DNA of 64,000 nt from Hamiltosporidium tvaerminnensis FI-OER-3-3 (taxonomy: Eukaryota; Fungi; Microsporidia). Below the pieces are notes generated by a model that had not been told where the DNA came from, searched no databases, and was given only the letters and a program-made list of their open reading frames with translations. Positions 13,901 to 29,050 of this stretch are shown here, in pieces; position 1 is the stretch's first letter, and the number at the start of each line of letters is the position of its first letter. Location: NCBI GenBank assembly GCA_022605425.2, contig CM061250.1:1-64000 (forward strand). The letters are read 5' to 3'. Position numbers and translations under genes: made by a program.

Positions 13901-15799
13901 CTACTTTTAAATATCAATTATCTTTGTTTTGAAGATTATCTCTAATTTTGATGATAAAATAGAAACTTCGAGGATTTTTTCAAAGTGAAAGGAAACTATA
14001 AGAGAAATATGACAAAGATTTGTACGATACTTTCTAAATTATTATAAATGAATATATTTGTGTGTGAAACTAATTTATGTCGTCTTTTGATATTTGTGTT
14101 GGGTTTTATATGATATATAGAAAAGCAATATATTAAAATCCATTCATAAATAACATTTTTTTACAATACTTATTGATCATAGTTTTTTTTAGTTAATACT
14201 TTAGGTTTTTTTCTAATAACTAGATACTACATCTGGATTTTGAAATGAAACTTGTATAATGTAGTTATCTTAACTACTGTAATTTATTTCACATATGTAA
14301 ATATTGGATGTAGCAATTTTTTTTATATTTAATTTGTAAGGAAGTAAAATGCAATATGATATAAATTTGAAAAAAAAAATAATTAGGACATTTATTAAAT
14401 TAAAAAGATACAGGTTAGTAATTTTTATTTGAATAAAAAGAATAAGCCTGGCTATTTTATTTACTTAATATTTTTTAATCAAATTTGCTACGCTTAATTT
14501 ATCAATGTAATTAAAAATATCAGGAAAATATTATACTTTTTGATTATAAGTTCTTCTTTAAAAATATATTGTAACTGCTAACAGTTATTCAATTAAATTA
14601 TTATATATATTTCCAAATTTTAGCATCTTTTTTATTAATTTGTGTTTATTATAATATTTCTAGCTATTATAAAAGAAAAGAAAAATTTAGTCTGTAGAAT
14701 TATATGTAAATAGAATATTAAAACAAGTTTTAGCATTTAAGACCTTTTTTTTATAAATTCATTTGTAGTATGGAATCTATAGATATAAGGTGGTTCTTTA
14801 GATTGTAAAGATCGAAGCTGCAAAATTCTTTTTTTAAATTTAAATTAAATTACATAAAATAAGTAAATTATAATGTCTCCCTTGTTTATTACCAAATTTC
14901 TATTTCAATTAAAAAAAACTGTAGTCGTTTTTTAGATTAATATTTAATTCTTAATGGTTTTTGAATTTATTATATTTTTAAAATATTCTATTAAAATATT
15001 TTCTGATATAGGGAGTCTAATTTCACAGTGCTGGTGTATTCTAATTGTATATAAAAACATGATATTTTAATAAATTAAACTATCTTGATGTCGATTTAAA
15101 GAATATAAATTTATTTTATATTATTTGGGTTTCCTTGATACATAAAATAAATTAGGATGAAACACTTTTAAAAACAGTTGATACTTTTTAAATTTGTACA
15201 TAAAGGTAAAAAAACAGTAGTTTGTCTAAAAAAGACTTATTTGTCTATTAAAATTTTTAGCGTTTTTTTAATTTTTATTAATATCTTCTTGACTTAGTTT
15301 CATTTAAATTAATGTTAATTTTGATAGTTTCATAAATAGAAATACAAAAAATAGAAATAAAGTAAGACGAATAATTACAACTCTTGAATTATCATTTGCT
15401 AATGTCTACTAAATTACGTTAAATATAATTTTCTATTTTTTATTCTATTTCCTTTTGCTTCTATTTAAATATTTTTGAAATAGTCAATTAAACCAGGCTA
15501 ACAATATAATAATGTTACAGGTTATAAAATAAGACTAGATTTTCTGTTAAAATACTAATATAATGTTATTTCCTCTTATTAGCCTTTATTATTGGTATTT
15601 AAATTGTTCAACCGTTTTATGTGTGTCAAATATTTTAGTTTCTAAAAGAATCTACATTTAAAAATTTTTGTAATATTTTTCGCCTTTTTTGCATTGTATA
15701 GATTTATTAAAATCTAAATAATAAGTTCCCTTTCAGGTTTATGAAATAATAATTATGGTACTTTGTATATTTAGAGAGGGTAAAAAGGTTCAATGAATC

Positions 15800-18700
15800 T
15801 CTATCTAAATTTTGCTAACTGTATTTCCATTTTTTCTAATTCGTACACAATACGAAGATTTTCTAGGAAACCTGGAGTGTTTTATAAAGAAATATGCACA
15901 AATAGAAAATTTTAATTAGATTATAATTTTAATATCGTTGCAATTTTTCGGCAGATAAAATTAAAGAAAAATCGATACCTTTCAAATGAAGATAAAAAAT
16001 TTATTAGATCGAAAATGAACTAAATTATAATTTAAATTTAAATTGAACACTGGATGATTCAAGAATACTTTTTATCATACTTTCGCACGAGTAGTTCTGA
16101 AGAAACTCGGTAAAATTAAAAAGGTATACCAAAAAATCATTCAAACCCAAATTTTATGAATTGTATAATTTAAATGCTTTCAAATTTCTTCCCATGGTAT
16201 CTTATACTGGCTCTCAGTCAAATTAAAGACTTAATATGTCAAAAAAAATTTACATTCGAAGCAGAAAAATCTATAAGACCCAGTAGAAATAATGAAAAAC
16301 GTGATTCGTAAAACGTGAGCTTATTTATTTTCTGATTTTTCACATAGTCAACAAATAGAAAAGCAGGTTAAAAGTTTAATTTTCCTCGAGTATGCTGCAA
16401 TTATTTTAGAAAATCTATAAGATCGATTATTCCGTTAAATGTATTAATATGGTTTACATAAGAATAAACTGAATCTCAGAGCATTTCATAATTCCAAAAC
16501 AAAGAATTGAAATACTTACATAAAACTAAAAAAGGTAAAAACCGAAGATCCACGGCCTATAGAATCTTATAAAAAAGCAAAACTTAGCCTAAGAAAATAC
16601 CATATGTCACAAATAAACTAGTTAAAAGCAATTTCACAATAAAAACAGCTCTCTTTTTGTATTCTAAGTGTATTAAAAGTGTTATAAGTAAACTTTATAT
16701 TTAGTCTTAGGATAGCTAACACTAAAATGATCAGATATGTTAAGTTGTGGATTTCTAAAAGAAACACAGTAAAAGTTATATGCAATCAGAATTATATAAA
16801 TGTAAATTTATAATCTTTTTGGATCGAGACCGGTAAACTCATCTTAATCTTAATTTGGAAATATTCGGATAAAAAAGATCCAGATATTACTAAGCTCAAA
16901 AATAGAAAGTAAATAAAATTTATGGGGAAACTCTAATGTTTGAATTAAAAAAAGGCAGTATAATTATCCTAGTCTGCACCAGAAACCTTTGTGTTTCTTT
17001 AGGTAATATAATAGTTAAAATTTTTGGTTCAGAAAATTAACTTACGTTTCATCCAAATAAACTTACGTTTCATCCAAATAAACTTACCATAGTTCAATAA
17101 ATCGATTTAAACATACGGATTTCTCTTTCAAAATAATAAAATATACATAATTTGATTTAGGATGAACTTTATTATATTAGCATTCACAGAAACCTCGTTT
17201 CTAAGTTGTCATATATTTATGAAATTATAGAATCATTGCTTTGAAACTCTGATTTGTAGTTAAGAACCGAAACTTTAAATCAGTTAGAATTATTGGGCTT
17301 TCTAAAAAAGCAATGCATTATAGCTTAATTTATTCTATAACACAATTCGAAGTCTTAAGGATTTGATACATGCCTTTTCTTTCTACTTTCTTATAATAAC
17401 GGATAGACAAATGATCGAATCATCTCTTTAGTAAATTACACATCTGATATATTGATTTTAGGTTACTATAATCTTGAAATGATGTTATATAGGACCTGCG
17501 AGTATTGAAATACATCATAATTCGAACAATCTAAAACCAATTTAATACCTTTGCTCTAGGCTCTATCATCAATTTTATTATTCAAAAAAACTTTTTAAAT
17601 TTAAAAATTATTATATGTGTATAGAAATTAAAAATCAAAATGATAAATTTTTTTAGAGGATTGAAAGAAAATAACAACAAATATAGACAAAATATAAAAT
17701 TCATTTATTTAAAGATCTGATATGACAAGGCTAGTTACTAAGCGCATATAAGACTTAAACCTGGTGTTGAATTTGCTACTCAATATTTTTTTAATCAAGA
17801 AAAGGCTAGAATTTTTGCATCGGAAGTTACTTTAGGCACCAAAGAACTTCGTATTGGAAAGAAAAATTAATAGAATTCAATAACTCGATTTTAAAGCATT
17901 TGAAACCCAAGCGGAAACACTTGAGATAATTAAAATTCAATATTTTATATAAGCGAAAGTAAAATAATAAAGAAATTAACAAATTAATTAAATTTCGAAA
18001 AATTTTAGATTGTTGGTTAAGGTATACTAAACTAAAATTTTGTGAAATTGCATTGTAATATAAGTTATCTAACCAGAATTGATCATTTATTTTAATTCAT
18101 ATAGACTACTATATCTATTTATTCAAAAGAAGGCATTTTAAATTACGAACAGGCAAGAAATATTGTTTTAGAATGAATACTTACACACACTAAATAAATA
18201 TTTTAAAAAAAGAAATTAAATTGATCTTATACGTACAAATGTGATTCAAGAAGCATGAAAAATCTTTTGTCTGAAATTGAAGTGACTTAAGGATAATGAA
18301 TGAAATGTTTCTATTTACTCTATAATATTTTCATTTGAAAATCTTTTCAATTTAAAATTTCTTTAAAAGAGAAACTAGCAACGCGGAAAAGAAATATGGT
18401 TCATAGATACTAATATTATTACTAAAACTACTAGAAAATCGATGCAAAAAATTATGGTTTCATACATAAGGTATAGTTTAGATTGTACATAGATAGTTTT
18501 TTTATAAAGACAAGTAAGTTAAATCATCTGCTAGTATTCGGAAATATTCCACAACAAAGCATTGTTGTTCTTTTCCGGGTAAAATATATAAGCGTTTATA
18601 TGACTAACTTTGTTGAAATGAAATTCTGCGAGAAATATATAATTTTTAAAAGGCATTCTTTGGAATATAGGCTATTATAGGCAAGTCTTTTTATAGAAAG

Positions 18701-19400
18701 GAGTTATACAATTACAGAAGAACTCAAAGAATTTAACTCAGAGATGAACCTAAATAATTTAAACGGATCTTTATCTTATCCTCGCACCGTTTAATATATC
18801 ATTAGCTTGTATAAATGGGTATATACTGACAGGCATAATAAAAATATATTTATATACAAAGAAGATATTTGCTGTGGGTAACAGCAGTAAAGCGAATAAG
18901 ATTTTTTTTGGGGTGCAGGAAAATATGCAAGAGATACTTAGCCTCAATATTAACGATAAATGATTATATAATGCTCCAAAGATTTGAAAATAAACCTAAG
19001 TCTTAACTTTCTGGATACTAAATATGTAAGATTACACGATTTATTGGTCGTATATGAATGATTTCGTTATGAATATGGCTCTTTAAACCCTATGTTAAAA
19101 TCTATAAAGTAGCAGAAGTGTTACCAAATTCGGTTACAATAAGATTCCACGATGATAACATGGAATACTACAGAATGCTTCTTAAGGTTTTATAATTTTA
19201 TATATAACCCCATATAGACAATCATATGTATCTAATCTCTGTAAGTATTTCCTTCTTTGAAGCTTTGGATATAAATAAAATTAAATGATATAGTATGATT
19301 TTTAAGTTCATAGAAAAACACATAGCCTATATTGCACTTTGTTTCTTATATATAATATATTATAAAGGCCATTTAAAACTACGCTTTCGCTAACATACAG
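15800..19400 (+). mobile_element. Decayed non-LTR retrotransposon (LINE, APE endonuclease + RT), copy A
   Basis: APE motifs LRFIQINL about 17042, IILAFTETS about 17171, ILGYYN about 17455 (GDFN), GSIINF about 17559. RT motifs DLIRTNVIQEA*KI about 18223, PFNISL about 18787, IYLYTKKI about 18844 (decayed YxDD), LSLNINDK about 18937. A putative ORF1 upstream has PRVCCN about 16384. Ends approximate. Confidence 0.65.
17039..17087 (+). repeat. Perfect 21-bp tandem duplication (2.3 units)
   Basis: AACTTACGTTTCATCCAAATA twice, then AACTTAC. Confidence 0.95.
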
Positions 19401-19559
19401 AATAATCAATGATAATGTATTTACTATTTATATCAATTCATTTCAAAAAAAAAACACAAAAATATCCAAATATTTTCTAAAAAAACAATTTATGCTCATT
19501 TACAATAAATGTATGATAGAAACAGAAATATTTTTTAAAATATAAAAATCTGTAGTTTT

Positions 19560-20200
19560 TACGATTTTAAGCAATAAGGATGAAGCATTTGGAATTTTGT
19601 TTCAGACTTTACATGATAATTAAGATTTTATGACCATACCGGAATTACCAAGAAAATCCGGATTTTAAACCATGAAATGTCCAGTCTTAACAAAAAAAAC
19701 TTCGAAACCTAGTACATTCTTAAAAAATAAAAATAATTTATTAGTATTAAAAATTATTAACATGGATACTTAGTTTAAGAATGAAATTTTTTATAAATAA
19801 AATTTATTATTTTTTTATTTAAGAATCATAGGAATGATATCTTGGTATCTGAAAGAAACCGCTAAACAATATATCTACCATGTGCCTTTTTTATTTTTTA
19901 AAATTTTAAAACATCTCGATTAGTGGAATACATATTGCTTTTCTTATGTGTAGTATTATCTCGTCAGGGTAAAAATTCTCAGTATGATACGATGTAAGAA
20001 AAGCAATTTTTTAAATATTAATAGGAGGAGGTTACAAAATATGATCGTGAAAATAAATTATTATGGGTTTATAGGTAAAGGAATTATATAGAAGGAATAG
20101 ATTAATGGTGTGGTTCCATATGCCATAGGAACAATAATTTCTAAGTGATTATAACTATTCTACGGGTTTCGAACCAAGTATAAATACAAAGTTTCGGGTT
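19560..20200 (+). mobile_element. Decayed gypsy-type integrase fragment
   Basis: HDN about 19612 and HTGITK about 19635 (H...GH.GI.K), LFYG-(F)EP about 20155 (L.YG..P). The catalytic core is not cleanly readable. Confidence 0.4.
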
Positions 20201-22299
20201 TTATCACCTTTATTCTAGTCTTTAATACAATTTTTGGATTTATATTTTTTAATTAAATTTCTACTGTATAAAAATTTTATACTACACCTAGTTCTTTCGT
20301 GAAGTTGCCAGATGTTCATGGCCTTTCTTTGACATCTATTCCTATTCATGTATGCTTTGTTGTATTCAAATAATTTTGGATTTGAATTAGAAGGCTTTCG
20401 TTTTTTGCTTTTATATTTATTTTTTAGAAATGCAAAAATATTAGTAATATCTTAAAGGGAACTTGATTTAAAATTTGTGTCAATTAAAACGAAGAAGTGG
20501 TTTTGATAATGCAAGAAAACAAGAGAATGCTACACGTGTAATAAATATTACTATTTTTTGGTTTTATTGTTCGTTTATGTATTTTTAAATATTATAACTT
20601 TTTTTAATTTTTCATAGGTTGTATATTTCATTACTATGTATATATGTCTAAAATATTTTAAAGTTAAAGGATTTAGATGAATAAAAGGAAAAAAAGAACT
20701 GTTTTAGAAAAAAAAGAGAAATATTAATATCAATAGACATGCCCGAAATGAATCACTACTTAGGATTTTTTTTCTTATATTTTTAGTTTTTGCTAAATTT
20801 AATCCCAATAAAAATATTCTGTTTTTAATTATTAGAATTTTTCGTCTTTCGTGAATACAACTATTATTGATTCTTGATTGTTTTATTTTTCATCTTTTTT
20901 TATTTTTAAATTGTTATTCATTTCATGTCTCTATATATTAAATTATTCATTTACGAAATTTTATCTTAAATCTCTTTTCTTATATTTTATTTTATTTTTT
21001 TTTATGTTAGTTAAATTTTTTTGATTATAATTTTAAAATTCAATTTCGTTATACCAATATTTTTGGTTGGTTTTTAACGCCTATCTTATTTCATAATTTG
21101 TTTTTTCAATATACATATATTATATGTAAAAATTCGAGTAAAAACTTTTTAAGAAATATTTTTTATGTAAACGTAGTCAAAAAAAATATATTTTAAAGAG
21201 ATAACTTATAAATGTTTTTTTGACTATTATATATCTATATGTAAGGGTCAAAAAATCAATAGAAAAACAATTTGTGATTTATATATGTTTTTCCTTCATA
21301 ATACAAATGTCGCTTTATGTGGTTTCTATGAATTGTATTCTAATAAAACAATTTTACTTTAAATTTTGAATCATTTTTTTAAAAATTTTAATTTAAAAGT
21401 AATATCTGACCATTTATAATAAAAACTCTAATATTTTTTTGTTCTATATATTATTTTACTCTCAACACAACTGACCATAAAACAGAAAGTACTTTTGAGC
21501 TATTTTTATTTGAATTAGGGAATACTATAGGTTTTTTAACTTTCCAAATAACAATCTTCAACGATATATTATTCTTAAAAAAATAAATTATTAATTTAAC
21601 TATATGTTTTAAATAATTTAATATTAGTATCTGTAAATTTAATCAAACAGATATAAAAACATCAAGAAAATTTAATTATTGAATAAAGACATACGTTTAT
21701 TTACTGTTCTCATAAATTTTCTACTTTAATATTATGTAACAAGTAATTAAAATATTTTGACTATTTTTTCTATCTAAACAAAATAGAAAAGCCAATTATT
21801 TTTTCCTAATTTTGATTTTAGCAACGGAGTTAGTGCTTAATATTTTAATCAAATTGCAAATAAAAAGATTTTCTATTATTTAAAAAACAATTTATAAATC
21901 AATACTTTTGTTTTAGTCAGCATTTTCCCCTTTGAGTTTATAGATCCTATACATAAACACCATAATAGAAAAGAATCACTAATATATAATGTTTGAGAGA
22001 ACGACAATTATAATAATGCTTAAAAATGCAAGCCATTATAATTTCAAAATAATATCTGAATCATCGAAGGATTAAAAAGAAATCTGTAGATTTTAAGGAG
22101 AGAAGTATCAAAATTTTAAACTTAATTTTGCAAAAATACTAAAAAAAAAAATAAATAAAAAAACCAAATGTGGTGTCAAGATTTTTCTAAAACCATTTAT
22201 TACTAAAATGACATGTGAAAATCGCTATGACTAATTATTTTTCTTTGCATTATTCTGTAAAATTTGTTTGAATTGTGAATTCTAGTGTCTAAGATCTGG

Positions 22300-25200
22300 A
22301 TTATCCTAAAAATTTGTTTTACCTTCTGGCACATTATAATATAATCTGCAAATATACGGAACCATAGAAACCTTATTTCTCAATCATGTCGGAAGCCGAA
22401 TTGGCTTGAAATATTCACTGCTTTCTTAAGAGGTGACTAAAAAGGACTGGTTCTTCGGGTTGGGGTTTTGCGTAGGGCTAACAAACTAACCTTTAATACT
22501 ATCATTTTGGGAACCAGAAAGAGTAAACGAATCAACTATAGAAAGACTGGAGGGTGGCTTTATCGAAACAGGCCAAGTTGTTTGCAGGGCTGTAGTGTTA
22601 AATGATGAAGAAAAAATTGTCTTTGGATTACTGGTGAGAGTTTATCAACTAGTTTGTTTACTCATTTTATTATTGAGCAAATATGTTTATACTTTATTGT
22701 GATAGAAACCGGTACCTTGGGTGTTTTTTAGGGTATAATATTAAGTTGGTAGTATTAATAAGGGTTGTTTTCTTAAATCAATCTTTTATATAAAAGCTTA
22801 ATAAATTTTATATTTTATTATCATTTTTTCAATCTATAATTGTATTAAGTGTATTATTTCGGTTTTTTCATTGGCTTAGCCATTTTCTCTAAGTTTAGAA
22901 TATTTTTTATATCCAGTTTGTTTTGCTTAAATTTATTTTGGTGATAATTTTATATACTTTTTTTCAATTTTGAGTTTTTTATTCAACTCTACCGTTTTAG
23001 ATTTGTTTATATTTTTTTAGAGTATTCGTTTCCTTTTTTTGATTTTTCGTTCTACCTTGATACTTGCACAAGCAGTTTCTCTACATATAAAACCTGTATA
23101 TTTGTTTCAACCTTCGTTTTTAAAATAAAGTGATTCATATTTCTTAATAAAGTCTCATTTTATTTTATTTTAATAGATTATATTCATTTTATAATCATTT
23201 AACTTCAAATTCATTATTTCATATCAATATGTAATATTTAAAACTATATCTAAGTATTATTTTTTCTTATAGGATTTTAAGGGGGTAACCTTAATAACTT
23301 ATAAAATTTACCATAATTGGAAGTTTTCGTGCATTAGGTATTGGTGGTTTTTTTTGTGTTTTTAGAATATTTGGACTATTAAAACCTTATCTAAGTATCT
23401 TGAAATATGATTTTCTAATCTTTGTCATAATACGTTGTGTTTAACCTAAATATGGCCACATTAAAATTGCCGAATTTGTTTTTAGAAGCCTTCAATATAT
23501 TGATTGAAACATTAATCATATAGGGTATTCATACGTAACTTTGGATTTCTATATAACCTCATATTAGTTACTTTTCCGAAAATGAAGCAAACTGCCAAGT
23601 ATTATATATGTATTGGTTCTTTAGCATAAAAAGAATATAAAGCTAAGTCGAAAAAACATATACATCTAAAAGTATTTAAAATTTCTTGTATACTATTTTC
23701 AAGAGAATAGAAGAAAAATGTTAATATTGCCTAATTAAAATATATTTGATATTCTCTATATTTATAGGCATGCATTTATTATTCATATACTATAATCTAT
23801 ATTAGTTAATTTTAATATTTAAATCTCCTTGATATACTCATGTAAAAAAAAAATAGTCGATTTTTTTACTATGTGCCGTATTTTACTGACTTAAATGGTA
23901 ATTATTATAAGTATATTGATTTTCTTTATCAATGCTAAGTCTTTTTTTAGAATTAATATTATATGGTAAAGATTTACAAAATTAAATTTAAATGAATCGA
24001 TACTACAATAAAATCTCCTGTGTGATAACTTTATTTCTATTATACTACAAATATATTAAACCCGAATTTAAATAATGTTTTTAAGTAACTTTTTATGTTA
24101 ATTTGCATTTTTTTAAGTTATTTCTCTTGTTTAGACAAAATTCTAAAATTAATTCTTAAAATAGTTAATTTTGTATTGTTTTGGCTCTTAAACTTGTTTA
24201 TGAAGTCGTAAATACAATACAAAAAATATTTGAACTATAGAATATTTTACAGATATTTTAATTTTAGTTTAGCTAAAGGTAAACCTTAAATTATTTTTAT
24301 TTTATTACACGTAAATTAACTATACTTATTTTTTAAATAATTAATATATTCTGTTCTTGTTTGTATGTAAAGCAATAGATAAAGTTTCAAACTTTTCAGA
24401 AATTAATTAGAATGAAGTAATATAAGAGAATTAATAAAACTTTCATATCAAAACATTTTTATAGATGAATATTATATTCGAATAATTAAAAAATCAAATA
24501 TTTTTATGAAACGAGACTTCTATTCTAATCCACTAAATAAAATTTTTATGATTGGGTTTGTTGGTTTAATATTATATTATAAAATTTTGATGCTACACTT
24601 AGAATATAGAAAGAAAGACAATCAGACATTCAAAACTTAAAAAAAATATGATCAATCTTGGATTTTTTTCATCTGACATTGTATACATGTAACTTAGTAT
24701 CATCTTATTCTTAAACCTCTATTACCTAATCAACTGTATAATGGTTTAACCTAATTAAACGAAAGAAACGCGTTCCACACTCGACTACCATACACTTTCC
24801 AGAAAATTCGAAACAAATTTGTACATCTTGAACACCCAAGCTAATTTGCATCATGAAAATAGTATATAAGGTTATTTACTGGTCTAGTTTAGATAGGATT
24901 CAAATGGTAGTGTGCAAAAACCCATTTAATCTTGTTCAAGTCTGATTTTACAAAATTAGTAAATTCTTTCACTTAAAATATATTTATAAATAACTCTACC
25001 AATAAAATAAAAGCCTATTACATAAACTAGAAGGCAAAGAGTTGCATCTATACCTGGATTTACCAATTCGAAAGTTTCGGTATGAATAGTTATAAAAAAA
25101 GACATCCAAAAAATATTAGTTTATTTGCATAAAAAATTTTAAAAAAATGAATAACTTTATGAAACATATTACTCATCCTTTTTATCTAAACAATCGCTTC

Positions 25201-28200
25201 AAGTTTTTAATCTAAAACCAATCACGCAATCGTTATTATATATAAATGAGTTGTGGGCGTTTTAAAAGTCTGTTATTCTTATTTAATCAGAGTGTTATTC
25301 CTACGCTTTATTTATTCTAAAATGAAGTATAAATTATCTATCTTAAGATATACCAAAACTTATTGAATATATTTATAAATTTAAATATACCCACTTTTAT
25401 ATAGATCAATTGTATTTTTTTTTGGCAAAATAAAGACTATTATTGTAACTAAATAAAATATTTTGGATAAAATAATTCTACTATAGTTTAAGACACCAAA
25501 GATATATTAACATTTTTTAAATTGACGGATATTTAGCAAGTAAATTTTATAACATAAAGCATTGGATTTTAAAACAAGAAATAATAATTACCTAGAATAA
25601 AAAGTAAAAATATGTAAAACCGGACAGTACGGACTAATAAGAAAAGTATTCCATAAAACCAGATAGAAATATATTTTTTTTAAATCAATTTTAGTATTTT
25701 TTATATAATTAAAACACTTAAGCGAAAATATAAACCATATTAAAATATTTTATTTTGAATTTCTTGTAAAGCATGGATTTCTTTAGATTCCTCTTTGTTA
25801 CAAACCATACCAAAATTTCTAGCTTTTAGGAAATTTAAAATATATTATTCTAAAGTGATCATCGGCAGATAATCGTTTCTGATATTTTCAATATATCGAA
25901 TAAGCATTTTTCATTTCAACTTCTGATAAATATTTGAATTTAAAACACTTCTAAAAAATATATCTAACTTGATCAAAATTTTATATTTTTTTTCTTTATA
26001 GAGAACAATAGGATATTTTTTCAGAATTGAATTTTTTTAAATACATTACTTCAATATTCACAACTTAAAAGCTTTCATATTTCAACATTTAACTCGTAAA
26101 AATTCTAAATTATGCTCAGTTGTAGCTATAAATTCCAAATGTGAGAGTCTAATTTTCATAAAAACTCCAAACTTGTTAACTAACTCCAAATACTCTCGAT
26201 AAATCCCTGTCATCAAACATAACATATTTAACAATGCATAAGGAAGGTACTAACAACCCTCGCCCCCACACTCTTATTTCATCTTTTCCAAACGTAATAG
26301 GAAAAATTTTGTTCAGATTAAAAAGAAAAGGAACTTCTTTGATTAAAAACTCCATTTTAATAGAAATAGCATAGATCATACTATTTTCAGCTAACTAACT
26401 AAAATATCTAATCATTTGTTCCATACAAGTATCAAGGGGTTGTGCCCGATATCCAACAGCATCGCCATATAATCCTTTTTCAAATGATTTATTTATAACT
26501 GCAAATCATTATTAAAACAAAATCATTATTGAGCAATCCATTAGAATGCAGATAAAAATGATAAACAACATTCATCCTCATCGTTGCCGCTATTCACTTA
26601 TATTCAACTTTTGTGTTTTTCTTTCTTTATTCACTCTTCATCCCAACTTCTTCATTAAAAATACATTTTGATTTCAGAATCATAAGGGTAGAACATTTTA
26701 AAAAAATATAAAGAAATTATATTTTTTAGAAAAAAAATCTTTTGTTGGATTTAAAACCAAGAGAAAACATAAATATTAAAACATATTAAGGGGCATATGA
26801 ACATCTAATTTATGTTTTCTTGCTTCTAAAATTCATCACTATAGCATTTAAAATTTTATTTCGGTAGGTTTACAATTTAAATATATTTAATAAAACATTT
26901 TTGCAATTTTTTATTCTAATTGATAAATATATGTTTTTTCATTAAAAATTTGTAAATGAAAATAATTTGTTGCTTATATTTCATGGTTACATTTTTAAAT
27001 ACCTAAATCATTTCTAATTCGTCAAAAAACTTTAGTTAAATTTATAAAAACATTTAAATGTCCTTTAACTATGCTAAAATCATAAATATTTAATTTTTCT
27101 ATTTTGAGTGCAAATAATGAATTTTAATTGTATTTGAAATTTTTATTTAATTCAGACGTTTGTATATATAATCATAATAAAACACAAAATTAAAAAAAAA
27201 TTGTTCTCAGAATTGGAAAACACAAAAAAAAATAATAAATCAGCTATTCTGGTATAAATCGGAAATTTTAATTAGAGACACTTTTTGGTATGAGATATTT
27301 TAATTCGGATTTTTGACATTTTTAACCAATTTGAATTCCTCAAAGTAAAAACTTCTGCAACCTAATTTTCCTAATATTATCTTTATGATACTTTTCCCGA
27401 TTCTTAGTATTATTATGTTCTAAGACTCTGAAAAAATTTAATCCATAAATTTAATATTTTTACAATTTAATTTCTACTAATAAATCAAAAAAAATATCAA
27501 TCTGAACAAAAATAAATGAATGTTAACACTATGAATTTATAGAGATTTTATTTATAAAAATATCACATTTTTTAAAACTTGACATTTATCATTTTGTATC
27601 AAGCATTAAAGAATGTCTGTGCTTACAATAAAGGCTTTCTTACCTTCACAATTGTATCTTCTAAGCTACCTACATCTCAGTTTTTTATTTAAAATGTATG
27701 TATAATCTATTTAAAGACGATGCAATTATTCTAAGATAATTATTTATTTTGCGAAGTATCAACGTAGGTTCAATCCTGCTTAGTGATATTACACACTTAA
27801 AAATTTCCAAATATTGTACGATTAAAATCCTATATCGTATCATATATTATATATCACAGCGACTTGCATAAAGTACATCTGGGCGAGAACTCTCTTATAA
27901 ACAGATACAGCTTTTTAAATCGATTCCCTTGGCTTTACTAACTTTTAGCATATCGCTATGTACCAAATCAAATTTTCTGGGTTTACGCCGTAATTACCTG
28001 CATGCAATCGCGGTCTAAATTCAGATAGATAAAGACTACAAAATAAAACAAAAAAATGCTCTTATGCGTAGATCGTTCTTCTTCTTAAAAACTTCGATAG
28101 AGCAACCGAAAATTTGGTTTGATTTTAACCCCAACCTTTCACCGTAAGCCAGCAGATTTTTTCTAATAAAATTATTTTAATTCCGTCTTAATATCTAAAC

Positions 28201-29050
28201 AATCATTTTTTTATATATGAAATTTGATTTTATTTTTTTTATAAATTTCGGGAAATATTAAATAGTTTTTGATTTGTTATATTATATATGGCTGTAAATA
28301 TTTTTTTAGAATGATAATTTTAACTAATGGAGAATTTTTTTCAAGAAAAACGAATAATCACAAATCACTTTAGTTGGTTTTTAAATTTTAAATTTTTCTC
28401 AAATCAATATTTTTACAATTCAACTATATTCTTAAAAAACAAAGGTTAGAAATTTATGTATGCAAAGGTCAAGTATTTGATTTTGAGGCATTAAATAACA
28501 TATGATAAAATTTATTTATTTTCTAAATTCAAAAATATTTTACTGGAATGTTCATTTAAAATATATTCTCTATAAATCGCCAAATTTTTGTGAAATTATA
28601 ATGCCATCACACTTTCCTAAATAAGATATTTTACTATTACAGGCAAAGAATATATGTGACTATTTAGAGAACGAACTAAATTTCTATATGAGAAAAGTAA
28701 TACGAATACTAGTTAGGCTTACACGACACTCTTAAGCTCAGTTTGTTTTATTTTACTTTAAAATAATTACGTAATTTCGATTTCATCCTGGATAAGAATG
28801 TTTTGGACATTTAAATAAAGTAGCGTTTGCATTGTATATAAAACCTTTTATGTTTATTAAAAAATACTTAATGAGCTAATAATTTAAGAATTCTTTAAGT
28901 TATAATGTATTCAACTAACTAATAAATTATTTCTCAAAAGTACGGTAAATATCTAGATGAAAATTATTTCTCATAAGAAAGATGATCAATTTTTAAAAAA
29001 AATATTTAAAGAAATATAATCTTAACAATTTAAACACCATAAAAATGTTT
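22300..29050 (-). pseudogene. Family-A copy 1 (longest), large unknown protein, many stops and frameshifts
   Basis: Colinear with copy 4 over about 5.5 kb and with copies 2 and 3 over more than 2 kb. Minus-strand peptides are shared between copies: IFGCSIEV/ILGCSVIV, VPFLFNLNKIF (ORF 26176-26379), YILSE, VECGTRFF/LDCGTCFF, NIHL. G-rich acidic stretches (NSGNDEDE about 26590) favour the minus strand. Confidence 0.7.

Noticed and set aside
17039-17087. CRISPR-like repeat
   Set aside because: The units are directly adjacent with no spacers, and the context is eukaryotic.
23295-23790. Plus-strand reading of the conserved block (LIKFTIIGSF...PKYG...) as the true gene
   Set aside because: It also has stops shared between copies, and base skew and frame conservation elsewhere favour the minus strand. 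Not fully excluded for this block.
24719-24734. 16-nt GT-AG mini-intron on the minus strand (also 49297-49312)
   Set aside because: There is no GT at the aligned site in copies 2 and 3, and the YGF-to-VED frame is continuous without splicing.
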